From an uncultured Candidatus Saccharibacteria bacterium (lineage in GTDB: Bacteria > Patescibacteriota > Minisyncoccia > RBG-13-40-8-A), in contig OZ246412.1 of NCBI GenBank assembly GCA_965231075.1, positions 321,587-385,586 on the forward strand: a stretch of 64,000 nt of DNA, given 5' to 3'. The position numbers and the translations under genes were made by a program. Of this stretch, positions 1 to 8,042 are shown piece after piece (position 1 is the stretch's first letter; each line of letters starts with the position of its first letter). Below the pieces are notes generated by a model, which saw only the letters and a list, made by a program, of their open reading frames with translations, made no database searches and was not told the DNA's origin.

Positions 1-380
1 CTTTCCAGTTCCTTCAACTAAGGAAGTCTTAGTTTTGTATCCACTTTCCCGAGATTTCTCTCGACGTTATTATCTTACTACCCCTAATAAATTTTTCTTG
101 CGAAAAATTTACCAGGTTTGGGCTGTTCCCTTTTCGCTCGCCACTACTTGGGGAATTACTTTTATTCTCTGTTCCTTCGGCTACTGAAATGTTTTACTTC
201 GCCGAGTTCGCTCTCCGACGCAAGGTCGGAGTAATTCCAGTTTATTGGAATTGAGTTTCCTCATTCGGAGATTCCCGGATCATAGGTTGCTACACACCTC
301 CCCGAGACTTATCGCAGTTACGCCACGTCCTTCTTCGCCTTCTAGTGTCAAGGCATCCACCATATACCCTTACTAACCTG
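1..380 (-). rRNA. rrl: 23S rRNA, 5' portion; the gene runs off the window start
   Basis: Reverse complement reads GGTTAGTAAGGGTATATGGTGGATGCCTTGACACTAGAAGGCGAAGAAGGACGTG...GTAGTGGCGAGCGAAAAGGGAACAGCCC, matching the conserved 23S 5' domain of E. coli (GGTGGATGCCCTGGCAGTCAGAGGCGATGAAGGACGTG...AGTAGCGGCGAGCGAA). Confidence 0.85.
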
Positions 381-520
381 CTTAATTTAGCTGGCAATTT
401 ATAGACATTACTACTTAGACTTTAATTGCTTTAATTTAACTAATTTTACTCGATATAAAATGCTTTATTTTTTTTGTTTACTTGATGTCGAAACATATTC
501 AGTTATCAAGGTTCAAGATT

Positions 521-552
521 TTATGATTTAAAAAAACCGCTTTCTAGCGGTT
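521..552 (-). terminator. Rho-independent terminator upstream of the 23S promoter region
   Basis: Hairpin AACCGCTTTCTAGCGGTT (535-552) followed on the minus strand by a T7 run. Confidence 0.5.
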
Positions 553-684
553 CAAGTAACTTAAGGTATGAAAATACCTGGTTTCATCAACCGCCTGTTT
601 TCATAAATTGTTTTTGGTTTTTTCTCATAATTCTTTATGTTGTTAGTTTATGCGAAAAAAAATAGCGTGTCAAGCCCCAAACTA

Positions 685-720
685 AAAGGGCCGGAAACAA
701 AAGTTTCCGGCCCCTAAATA
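685..720 (-). terminator. Rho-independent terminator after the CDS at 735-1403
   Basis: GGGCCGGAAAC-AAAA-GTTTCCGGCCC hairpin (688-714) followed on the minus strand by a T-rich tract. Confidence 0.6.
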
Positions 721-734
721 TCTGTATAATTCAA

Positions 735-1403
735 TTATTTTTCAGTTAAATCGTTCTTGATTTTTTCTAGAGTTTTTTCGGCCATGTTCTTACCGCCCAG
801 TCCGAATGCTAGTCCGCCAGCGATTGCTAACATCGCAATAATTCCCATAACAATGGTTTGAATTAAAGTTGTGGCAATGCCTAGTTGCGTTAAAGCAATT
901 ATGAATCCAAAAATTAAAATTGCCCACTTTACAATTGTTCCAATGGTTGACGATGATTGTAATCCTGCCGCATCAGCGCTGGCTTGCACTAATTTTTGCA
1001 TAAACTTCGCAACAATTCCCGCGGCTAACAAAATAATTGCCGCCACAATCACGCTAGGAATATAATACAAAATACTTTGTAAAAACATCGTTACTTGCGT
1101 TAATCCCAAAATATCAACTGCGGTCATCAAGAATACGATGATTAAAAACCATTTCACAAGTTCTTCAAAAAACTTTGCTGAATCTAACTTGATTTTTGTT
1201 TTTGACAAAACTTTTGCAAAACCAATTTTTTCTAAAAGCGAATCTAATTTTATGGTTTTGATTAACTTGTTGATTAATTTACCAATAAAAATGGAAATTA
1301 ACCAACCCACAATAAAAACAATCAGGGCAGCAATTAAGGTTGGCAAAAAACCAATAACGCTTACCCAGACTTGTTTTAACGAATTCAATAAAATTTCGAT
1401 CAT
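735..1403 (-). CDS. Integral membrane protein with repeated TM-helix modules, possibly small mechanosensitive-channel-like
   Basis: 222-aa ORF, several hydrophobic helices, K/E-rich C-terminus, own terminator. Confidence 0.5.
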   Translation of the reverse strand: MIEILLNSLKQVWVSVIGFLPTLIAALIVFIVGWLISIFIGKLINKLIKTIKLDSLLEKIGFAKVLSKTKIKLDSAKFFEELVKWFLIIVFLMTAVDILGLTQVTMFLQSILYYIPSVIVAAIILLAAGIVAKFMQKLVQASADAAGLQSSSTIGTIVKWAILIFGFIIALTQLGIATTLIQTIVMGIIAMLAIAGGLAFGLGGKNMAEKTLEKIKNDLTEK

Positions 1404-1491
1404 ATTGTTTGCCCTGTTAAATTCGCCTTTCGGCGACCCGCTTCGCGGGATTTAACGGGGTGAATTTAATTATTATCCCCTCCAAAATGAA

Positions 1492-2376
1492 TTATAGCAC
1501 ATATTGGATCATTAATCCAGCAAAAGCACTAATTCCAAAAAGCAAGGCTAAAATTTTAACTGCGTTTCTTTTATTTTTTTCTTCTTTAAACAAAATTAAT
1601 ATGCCCAGTCCGCCACCAGCACAAAGCCCAGAAATCATTGCTCCAAAAGTGATTATTTCTTTCAAATATAATTGAGCGATTAGAACCGATGACGCACAAT
1701 TAGGAATTAATCCAATTATTGCTGTTAAAAACGGTTGTAAAAATTTTTGTGTCGAGAAAAATTTGTAAAAATTTTCTTCTCCAATTAAAGAAATTAAAGC
1801 GCCGATTAGAAATGAAGCGCAAAATATAAAAAGAAAAATTTTCAACGTGTGAATTATGGGGTGCGAAAAATTAATTTTACTATGTCCACAACAGGCATGT
1901 TTGTCTACTGTTAATTCGTGATGATGTGTTTTGTCGTCGGTACCGTGTTTATAATTTTCGATATGAGTTAAAATGTTTTGATTGTGCTTTTTAAAAACAA
2001 AATCAATAAAATATCCGGCAATGAAGGCAATTACAATTTTTGTTAAAATCAATGGAAAAATTATTTTTGTCTTTTCGGGTTGAGATAAAATCACGGGAAT
2101 TGCTTCATCAGACGTGGATAAATAAACCGCCAACAATGTTCCAATCGTGATTAATCTTTGATTGTATAGTGCGGTAGCAATAACCGAAAATCCGCATTGC
2201 GGAAAACTCCCAGCAATTGATCCAATCGCTGGACCGGCTTTCCCGGCGTTTTGCATCTTTTCGCGAATTCTATTGCCAAATTTATATTCCACTAATTCAA
2301 TCGCAACATAAACCACCAACAGCAATGGAATCATTTTTGCACTATCAATCAATGCGTCTTTAAAAATCTCAAACAT
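1492..2376 (-). CDS. Multi-pass permease with duplicated Cys motifs and a His-rich loop; putative metal or organoarsenical exporter-like (ArsP_2-like)
   Basis: 294 aa, about 8-10 TM helices. Two repeat halves carry PQCGFS and PNCASS. Central loop KHGTDDKTHHHELTVDKHACCGH. Confidence 0.45.
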   Translation of the reverse strand: MFEIFKDALIDSAKMIPLLLVVYVAIELVEYKFGNRIREKMQNAGKAGPAIGSIAGSFPQCGFSVIATALYNQRLITIGTLLAVYLSTSDEAIPVILSQPEKTKIIFPLILTKIVIAFIAGYFIDFVFKKHNQNILTHIENYKHGTDDKTHHHELTVDKHACCGHSKINFSHPIIHTLKIFLFIFCASFLIGALISLIGEENFYKFFSTQKFLQPFLTAIIGLIPNCASSVLIAQLYLKEIITFGAMISGLCAGGGLGILILFKEEKNKRNAVKILALLFGISAFAGLMIQYVL

Positions 2377-2414
2377 ATAGTCATATTATATATTAATAAA
2401 TGTTTTGTAAAACA

Positions 2415-2442
2415 TTGACAAATTCTGTGTATATGTTATAAT
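2415..2442 (+). promoter_or_regulatory. Sigma-70 promoter TTGACA-N16-TATAAT of the TPM cassette
   Basis: TTGACA at 2415-2420, TATAAT at 2437-2442, then AAGGAGGT Shine-Dalgarno 6 nt before GTG 2470. Confidence 0.6.
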
Positions 2443-2469
2443 TAGGTCAATACCAAAAGGAGGTATCGC

Positions 2470-3219
2470 GTGAAAAAAACATTTGCTCTCTTTATCTTCG
2501 TTCTTCTGGTGTTCTCTGGAGCGGTTGCTCAGCAATTCCCAAAGAACACGGGCATGGTCAACGATTTTGCTAACATCATTCCTGATGATGTTCAGCAACA
2601 ACTCGAAGAAAACCTGAGAGAATTCAACGGTAAAACGTCGATTGAAATTGCCGTGGTAACGGTAAATTCTCTGGACGGCATGGTCATCGAAGACTACGCC
2701 GCAAGGCTCTTCAAAGAGTGGGGCATTGGCAAAAAAGACAACGATAACGGCGTTTTATTTCTCGTTGCAATGCGGGAGAAAAAAATGCGAATCGAAACCG
2801 GTTACGGTATCGAACCATTTTTAACCGATGCAACTTGCGGCAGGATAATCAATGACCAAATCGTACCGATCTTCAAGAGCGGCGCATACGCTTCGGGCAT
2901 TGCCCTAGGAATAAAAAAAATCATTGAAAAACTCGAGCAAGCCCACACAGAAGAACCTGAAGCACTGACTTCCGGCGACAAAAAAGTGAGGACGTTTAAA
3001 AATAACAGCGAAGTGGTTCTTATTGTCGTTCTCGTAATATTGTTGCTTGTTATAGTCGTGTTCGTTGCCTGGTTTGATGATGGCACGGGCGGTTCTAACG
3101 ATTCCGGCGGGGGGTTCATCAGTGGTAGTGGCTTTTCTTCGGGAGGTTCCGACTCTGGCGGAGGATTCAGCTTTGGTGGTGGATCGTCCGGAGGCGGAGG
3201 AGCCAGTGGTGGTTGGTAA
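2470..3219 (+). CDS. TPM-domain (TLP18.3/Psb32/MOLO-1, YgcG-like) protein with signal peptide, C-terminal TM helix and Gly/Ser-rich tail. GC-rich alien cassette.
   Basis: Motif GVLFLVAMREKKMRIETGYGIEPFLTD matches the TPM consensus. GC content is far above the surroundings. Perfect SD, GTG start. Confidence 0.7.
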   Translation: MKKTFALFIFVLLVFSGAVAQQFPKNTGMVNDFANIIPDDVQQQLEENLREFNGKTSIEIAVVTVNSLDGMVIEDYAARLFKEWGIGKKDNDNGVLFLVAMREKKMRIETGYGIEPFLTDATCGRIINDQIVPIFKSGAYASGIALGIKKIIEKLEQAHTEEPEALTSGDKKVRTFKNNSEVVLIVVLVILLLVIVVFVAWFDDGTGGSNDSGGGFISGSGFSSGGSDSGGGFSFGGGSSGGGGASGGW

Positions 3220-3325
3220 GTATTTAGAACGTTTAGGGGAAATCGCTTCGGCGATCTCCCCTATTTTTTTCTCGACCTTACGTTGGGATTTTGTCTTTAG
3301 ATTTTTGGCATGATAGAATCAATTT

Positions 3326-4666
3326 ATGGAAAATTATAAAGAATATTTCAAGAACAAAAAAATCATCATTATGGGACTCGGGCTACTTGGCCGAGGCATT
3401 GGCGTGGCAAAATTTTTGGCAAAACATGGCGCCGAACTTTTAATCACTGACTTGAAAACTGAACAACAGCTCGCTTCTTCCTTAAAACAACTCAAAAAAT
3501 TTAAAAACATTAAATATATTTTGGGTCAACATCGCATTGAAGATTTTCAACAAGGAGATATGTTAATCAAGGCCGCAGGGGTTCCGTTGGATTCAATTTA
3601 TCTTGCCGAGGCAAGAAAAAACAATATTCCCATCGAAATGGATGCTTCCTTGTTTGCTAAATTTACTAAAGCAAAAATTATTGGCATCACTGGCACGCGT
3701 GGAAAATCAACCGTAACACAAATGATTTATCATGGGCTGAAAAAATATTACAGAAAAGGAAATGTATTTTTGGGTGGAAATGTACGTGGACTTGCGACTT
3801 TGCCACTACTCGAAAAAGTTAAAGATAATGATGTTGTTGTTCTCGAGTTAGATTCTTGGCAATTACAAGGTTTTGGCGAAGCCAAAATTAGCCCACAGAT
3901 TGCCGTATTTACAACTTTTATGAACGACCACATGAATTACTATAAAAATGACATGCAAAGATATTTTGACGACAAGGCAAAAATTTTCGAACACCAAACC
4001 GAAAAAGATTTTCTAGTAATCAGTGAACAAGCGATGTTACAAATTAAAAAAAGGACCCAATACGGAAAAATAAAAAGTAAAATAACCGTTGTAAATGAGG
4101 ATGCAATTAGAAACCTAAAAACTAAATTAATTGGTGAACACAACAAAACTAATATTGCTTTAGCGGTTGAAGTTCTAAAATTAATGAAATTAAATCAAAA
4201 GCAAATTAAACAAGCAATTGCCACTTATCCTGGTGAGCCCGGACGATTACAAATGATTTTAAAAAGAAATGGAGTTGCTTATTACAACGACAATAATGCT
4301 ACTTCACCTGACGCTTGCGTAGCTGCCTTAAATTCTCTTTATAAAAACGAAAAAAATATTGTTTTGATTTGTGGTGGAGCTGACAAGGAATTTAATTTTA
4401 ATGATATGTTAGAAGTTATCGCCAATACAACTAAAAATGTTGTATTCATAAAAGGCACAGCAACTGATAAGATTTTAAATATTTTGCCGAAAGACTTTCC
4501 TGAATATGTTGTTGTTGATTCAATGCCATTGGCAGTTAAAGAAGCGAGAAAATCTGTTAAAAAAGGAGACGTTATTTTATTGTCTCCTGGTGCCGCATCA
4601 TTTGGTGTTTTCAAAAACGAATACGACCGCAATGATCAATTTGTAAAATACGTTAAAAAATATTGA
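3326..4666 (+). CDS. murD: UDP-N-acetylmuramoyl-L-alanine--D-glutamate ligase
   Basis: N-terminal IMGLGLLGRGIG Rossmann motif, GITGTRGKST P-loop, Mur ligase C-terminal domain. No SD; likely -10 TAGAAT 6 nt before the ATG. Confidence 0.85.
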   Translation: MENYKEYFKNKKIIIMGLGLLGRGIGVAKFLAKHGAELLITDLKTEQQLASSLKQLKKFKNIKYILGQHRIEDFQQGDMLIKAAGVPLDSIYLAEARKNNIPIEMDASLFAKFTKAKIIGITGTRGKSTVTQMIYHGLKKYYRKGNVFLGGNVRGLATLPLLEKVKDNDVVVLELDSWQLQGFGEAKISPQIAVFTTFMNDHMNYYKNDMQRYFDDKAKIFEHQTEKDFLVISEQAMLQIKKRTQYGKIKSKITVVNEDAIRNLKTKLIGEHNKTNIALAVEVLKLMKLNQKQIKQAIATYPGEPGRLQMILKRNGVAYYNDNNATSPDACVAALNSLYKNEKNIVLICGGADKEFNFNDMLEVIANTTKNVVFIKGTATDKILNILPKDFPEYVVVDSMPLAVKEARKSVKKGDVILLSPGAASFGVFKNEYDRNDQFVKYVKKY

Positions 4667-4691
4667 CAAATATCGCATATTATGATAAAAT
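4663..4691 (+). promoter_or_regulatory. Sigma-70 promoter TTGACA-N17-TAAAAT for the small membrane protein cassette
   Basis: TTGACA 4663-4668, TAAAAT 4686-4691, followed by GAGGAGGT SD and TTG start at 4724. Confidence 0.55.
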
Positions 4692-4723
4692 AAAGTAGTT
4701 CGAATCAATTAGAGGAGGTTCGT

Positions 4724-5017
4724 TTGATCGAACAACTGTGTGCTGTTTTCTCTGTTTCGGACGTGGTGGCGCAAGTGATCGGGTCGGTCAAGACCTGGAT
4801 CATCAAGATGGATCGGGCGTTCTTGCGTAAGGACCCCTTTCTACTGCTGACGGCGGTATCCTATGTCGTCGCGATGGCTATCGGGACGATGACGGGGCTG
4901 CTGTTCAGCAACGAACTCACCCAATTCATCGTCTTCTTATCGGCGTGGTTGGTGGTGTTCGTGGGCTTGGGCGTCACCTATTGGTTTTTCTTCGCCAAGC
5001 TGGCGCGGAAAAACTAG
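4724..5017 (+). CDS. Small (97 aa) GC-rich integral membrane protein of unknown function; alien cassette
   Basis: Three predicted TM helices, G/C-ending codon bias, perfect SD, TTG start, own terminator. Confidence 0.55.
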   Translation: MIEQLCAVFSVSDVVAQVIGSVKTWIIKMDRAFLRKDPFLLLTAVSYVVAMAIGTMTGLLFSNELTQFIVFLSAWLVVFVGLGVTYWFFFAKLARKN

Positions 5018-5030
5018 ACAGAGAGCGGAC

Positions 5031-5068
5031 AAAGGCCGAGTGGGAAACCACTCGGCCTATTTTATTTT
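5031..5068 (+). terminator. Rho-independent terminator of the 4724-5017 cassette
   Basis: AGGCCGAGTGG-GAAA-CCACTCGGCCT hairpin followed by TATTTTATTTT. Confidence 0.7.
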
Positions 5069-5085
5069 GCTAACGCATATTTAAA

Positions 5086-6396
5086 ATGTTAAAATTTAAA
5101 CTTATGCTAGATCACGTTAAAAAAATACATTTTATTGGGGTTGGAGGCGTGGGAGTTTCGGCAATTGCCAGAATGGCCCGACTTAAAGGCATAAAAGTTA
5201 CCGGCTCTGATGTTTCCATGAATAAAATGGCCGAAAGAATTCAAACCATTCACGGCAAAATTTTTATTGGTCACAAGCGCGAAAATTTACCCCAAGACAC
5301 TGATATGGTTGTTTATTCCCCCGCCATAACCGAAGATAATCCCGAAATGATTTACGCTAAAGAATTAAACATTCCCACCTATTCATATCCCGAAATTCTA
5401 GGAATAATTTCTAAGGACATGCACACAATTGCCGTTTCCGGAACTCACGGCAAAACTACCACCACTTCCATGCTTGCGGAATTATTTATTTATGGAAATT
5501 TAGATCCCACAGTTGTTGTTGGGGGTCTTTTAAAAAAACAAGAAGATAATTTTGTTTTGGGAAGCAGTAAACACTTTATTGTTGAGGCCTGCGAATATAA
5601 GGAGTCGTTTCTGAACTTAACTCCCAATATTTTAATAATTTTAAACATTGATAATGATCATTTAGATTATTATGGGACAATTGAAAATGTTAAAACCGCA
5701 TTCAAAAAATTAATCGAAAAAGTGCCCGATGACGGATATATAATTTACAACGGAGATGACGAAAATGTTTTAGATGTCTTGGGTAATGCAAGTACAAATG
5801 CTAAAAAATTAAATTATTTAGACGTAAAAGCCGAAATTAAACTTTCTGTTCCTGGCGAACATAATTTAAAAAATGCCAAAGCCGCATTTACGGTTGCGAG
5901 ATTAAACGGAATCACAGAAAATGTGGCCTTAAAAATTTTAAAAAATTATACCGGCACTTGGCGCAGGTTTGATTTTATGGGAAACACAAAAACTGGCGCT
6001 TTAATTTATAACGATTATGGCCATCATCCCACAGAAATTAAAGCGACTATTGCTGCAGCAGAACAATTATATTACGATAATAGAATTTTTGTTGTCTTTC
6101 AGCCACATTTATTTTCACGCACAAAACTTTTATTAAACGATTTCGCAACTGCTTTTGATTTGGCGGATGAAGTAATTATCACCGATATTTATGCTGCCAG
6201 AGAAAAAGATGATCACTCAATCCATGCTAAAGATTTAGTTGATGCGATAAATAAAAAAATCATTAAAGCAAAATACGTTAATGATTTTGATAATATTAAA
6301 AAATATTTAGAACTTAAAGCACAAAAAGACGACATCATCCTCCTCCAGGGCGCGGGGGATGTTTACAAGATTGGAGAAGAAATTGTAAAAAAATAA
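5086..6396 (+). CDS. murC: UDP-N-acetylmuramate--L-alanine ligase
   Basis: HFIGVGGVGVSAIA N-terminal motif, GTHGKTTTTSM P-loop, Mur ligase domains. Confidence 0.85.
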   Translation: MLKFKLMLDHVKKIHFIGVGGVGVSAIARMARLKGIKVTGSDVSMNKMAERIQTIHGKIFIGHKRENLPQDTDMVVYSPAITEDNPEMIYAKELNIPTYSYPEILGIISKDMHTIAVSGTHGKTTTTSMLAELFIYGNLDPTVVVGGLLKKQEDNFVLGSSKHFIVEACEYKESFLNLTPNILIILNIDNDHLDYYGTIENVKTAFKKLIEKVPDDGYIIYNGDDENVLDVLGNASTNAKKLNYLDVKAEIKLSVPGEHNLKNAKAAFTVARLNGITENVALKILKNYTGTWRRFDFMGNTKTGALIYNDYGHHPTEIKATIAAAEQLYYDNRIFVVFQPHLFSRTKLLLNDFATAFDLADEVIITDIYAAREKDDHSIHAKDLVDAINKKIIKAKYVNDFDNIKKYLELKAQKDDIILLQGAGDVYKIGEEIVKK

Positions 6397-6398
6397 AT

Positions 6399-7424
6399 TT
6401 ATTTAATACCCTCTCCGCCGAACCATTTTTTGTATAGCGTGTCGTAAAGTCCGCTCTCTTGGACAGTTAAGATTGCACGATTTATTTTCTCTCTTAATGG
6501 GCTGTTGTTTTCTAGAACAAAACCGTAATCTTGTTTATCAAATAACTCTCCTACAATTTTAACTTTTCCCGCTCCTTCATTAAGGGCATAATATTCTAAA
6601 ATTGGTGCATCAAACACAACGACTTCAACTTCGTTGTTTTTTAATTTTTCGTATGCTTCTTCTATCTTAATCACAGGTACAATTATCGCTCCCAAACTTT
6701 TTAATACCGGTTCAGTGGTTGTCCCTTGGACCGTAGCAACAACTTTTCCCGACAAATCTTTGGGGCCCTCGATATTAAGTTTTATTTTTCTGGTTGTTAA
6801 AAATGCCGTAAATTGTCCGATAATCAACCCTAGCGCAGCCAGTTTAACTAATTGTCCGAATTGAACAACAATAAACCCCGCCCAAGATTGAACCTTGTAA
6901 ACTGTTATCATTGCCGGAGAACCAAGAATCATTGATAAAGAAAACCAAATTGCCTGAAAAATTCCTGGAAAATACGTTTTTGAAAATGTTTCGGCACTTT
7001 TTTCTGTTAACCACAACACATTACCAAAAACAATAATTATTAGAGCCAAAAGAAGTATTGGTTTTAATAATTTTTTATATCCTTGTGTAAAAAATGTCTT
7101 TATCGTACTACCAATATTTACTCTCGATCTGTCTTTTGACAACAGAATACGCAACCCGGAATGAAAGGTTGCGTGTGAAAAATCAATAACTTCTTCGCGT
7201 TTCTCGTTAATCGTTATCGAAGCCATAGCAATGTCTGCCTTTTTGTCGGCAACAAGTGGAATCAATTCTTGAAAATTATATTTGCTATATTCAAAATCTG
7301 TTTGGATTTCCTTGGCAATCATTTCCCATAATTCAATTTCAAACCCAGAATATTTTCCATCTTTCTCAAAAACGAAAGGAGAAAGATTTGTCACCGCGAT
7401 TTTTAATTTATTTGTCATATACAT
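6399..7424 (-). CDS. Ionotropic-glutamate-receptor-like ligand-gated channel: a split periplasmic amino-acid-binding (SBP_bac_3) domain interrupted by an M1-pore-M2 channel module
   Basis: Lobe 1 (LKIAVTNLSPFVFEKDGKYSGFEIELW...ADIAMASITINEKREEVIDFSH), TM/pore segment, lobe 2 (GKVVATVQGTTTE...VVVFDAPILEYY...YGFVLENNSPLREKINRAILTVQESGLYDTLYKKWFG). Confidence 0.65.
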   Translation of the reverse strand: MYMTNKLKIAVTNLSPFVFEKDGKYSGFEIELWEMIAKEIQTDFEYSKYNFQELIPLVADKKADIAMASITINEKREEVIDFSHATFHSGLRILLSKDRSRVNIGSTIKTFFTQGYKKLLKPILLLALIIIVFGNVLWLTEKSAETFSKTYFPGIFQAIWFSLSMILGSPAMITVYKVQSWAGFIVVQFGQLVKLAALGLIIGQFTAFLTTRKIKLNIEGPKDLSGKVVATVQGTTTEPVLKSLGAIIVPVIKIEEAYEKLKNNEVEVVVFDAPILEYYALNEGAGKVKIVGELFDKQDYGFVLENNSPLREKINRAILTVQESGLYDTLYKKWFGGEGIK

Positions 7425-7440
7425 TTATTATATCATAAAC

Positions 7441-7470
7441 AAAAAAATCCCGTAATGTGGGATTTTTAAG
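7441..7470. terminator. Bidirectional hairpin terminator between tRNA-Ala and the channel gene
   Basis: AATCCCGTAATGTGGGATT flanked by A7 and T5. Confidence 0.55.
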
Positions 7471-7544
7471 TGGTGGACCATAGGAGAATCGAACTCCTGT
7501 CCTCCGGATGCAAACCGGGAGCTCTACCACTAAGCTAATGGCCC
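7471..7544 (-). tRNA. tRNA-Ala (anticodon UGC), CCA encoded
   Basis: GGGCCAT acceptor with G3:U70, anticodon loop TTTGCAT, T-arm GGAGTTCGATTCTCC, 3' CCA. Confidence 0.85.
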
Positions 7545-7556
7545 TCAAATAAAATT

Positions 7557-7630
7557 TGCGCGTGCATGGACTCGAACCATGGACCTCGTCATTATCAGTG
7601 ACGCGCTCTAACCGCCTGAGCTACACGCGC
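7557..7630 (-). tRNA. tRNA-Ile (anticodon GAU), no encoded CCA
   Basis: GCGCGTGTAGCTCAGGCGGTTAGAGCGCGTCACTGATAATGACGAGGTCCATGGTTCGAGTCCATGCACGCGC; the classic rRNA spacer tRNA. Confidence 0.85.
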
Positions 7631-7638
7631 GAAAAATC

Positions 7639-7797
7639 TTAGGCCTTGCCTAAAATTTTAAACATTCCTGTTCCACAAACTGGACAAACACCTTTTAATG
7701 CTCTTCTGTCCCCTCCCTTTCCTTTCATTTTAACTTCTTTGGCGTCTTTCATTTCTTGTTTTGCTCTACACTTAACACAATATGCAATATCTGCCAT
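7639..7797 (-). CDS. 52-aa C4 zinc-ribbon protein encoded between 16S and tRNA-Ile (MADIAYCVKCRAKQEMKDAKEVKMKGKGGDRRALKGVCPVCGTGMFKILGKA)
   Basis: Below the 60-aa ORF-track cutoff; found by hand translation. CxxC...CxxC, highly basic. Own promoter TTGATT-N18-TATAAT (about 7841-7870, minus strand). Stop lies 4 nt from tRNA-Ile. Confidence 0.5.
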   Translation of the reverse strand: MADIAYCVKCRAKQEMKDAKEVKMKGKGGDRRALKGVCPVCGTGMFKILGKA

Positions 7798-7870
7798 AAA
7801 AATAAAATTTATTAATTATTAATAAACTTACTTTATTATACAGCTAAAATAATAATAAAATCAAGCACAA

Positions 7871-7906
7871 ATAAAAAAATCGTCTAATAGACGATTTTTT
7901 TATTTC
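7871..7906 (-). terminator. Hairpin terminator downstream of the 16S 3' end
   Basis: AATCGTCTA-AT-AGACGATT followed by T7ATTT on the minus strand (and A-run/T-run on both sides). Confidence 0.55.
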
Positions 7907-8042
7907 GAATTCTTTATGGTTTTCCCGATACTTATTATTTGTTTAGTACAAATAATTAAAAAACTTTTTATGTTACTGCCTTATCGGCAAATAATCGACT
8001 CTTACTTAATAAATTTTATTTACTAAGTAAAAATATTTTCCA

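Noticed and set aside
871-1675. Plus-strand ORFs 871-1065, 1138-1455 and 1460-1675, antisense to the two membrane protein genes
   Set aside because: Low-complexity antisense frames fully overlapping longer, better-supported minus-strand genes, with no start signals.
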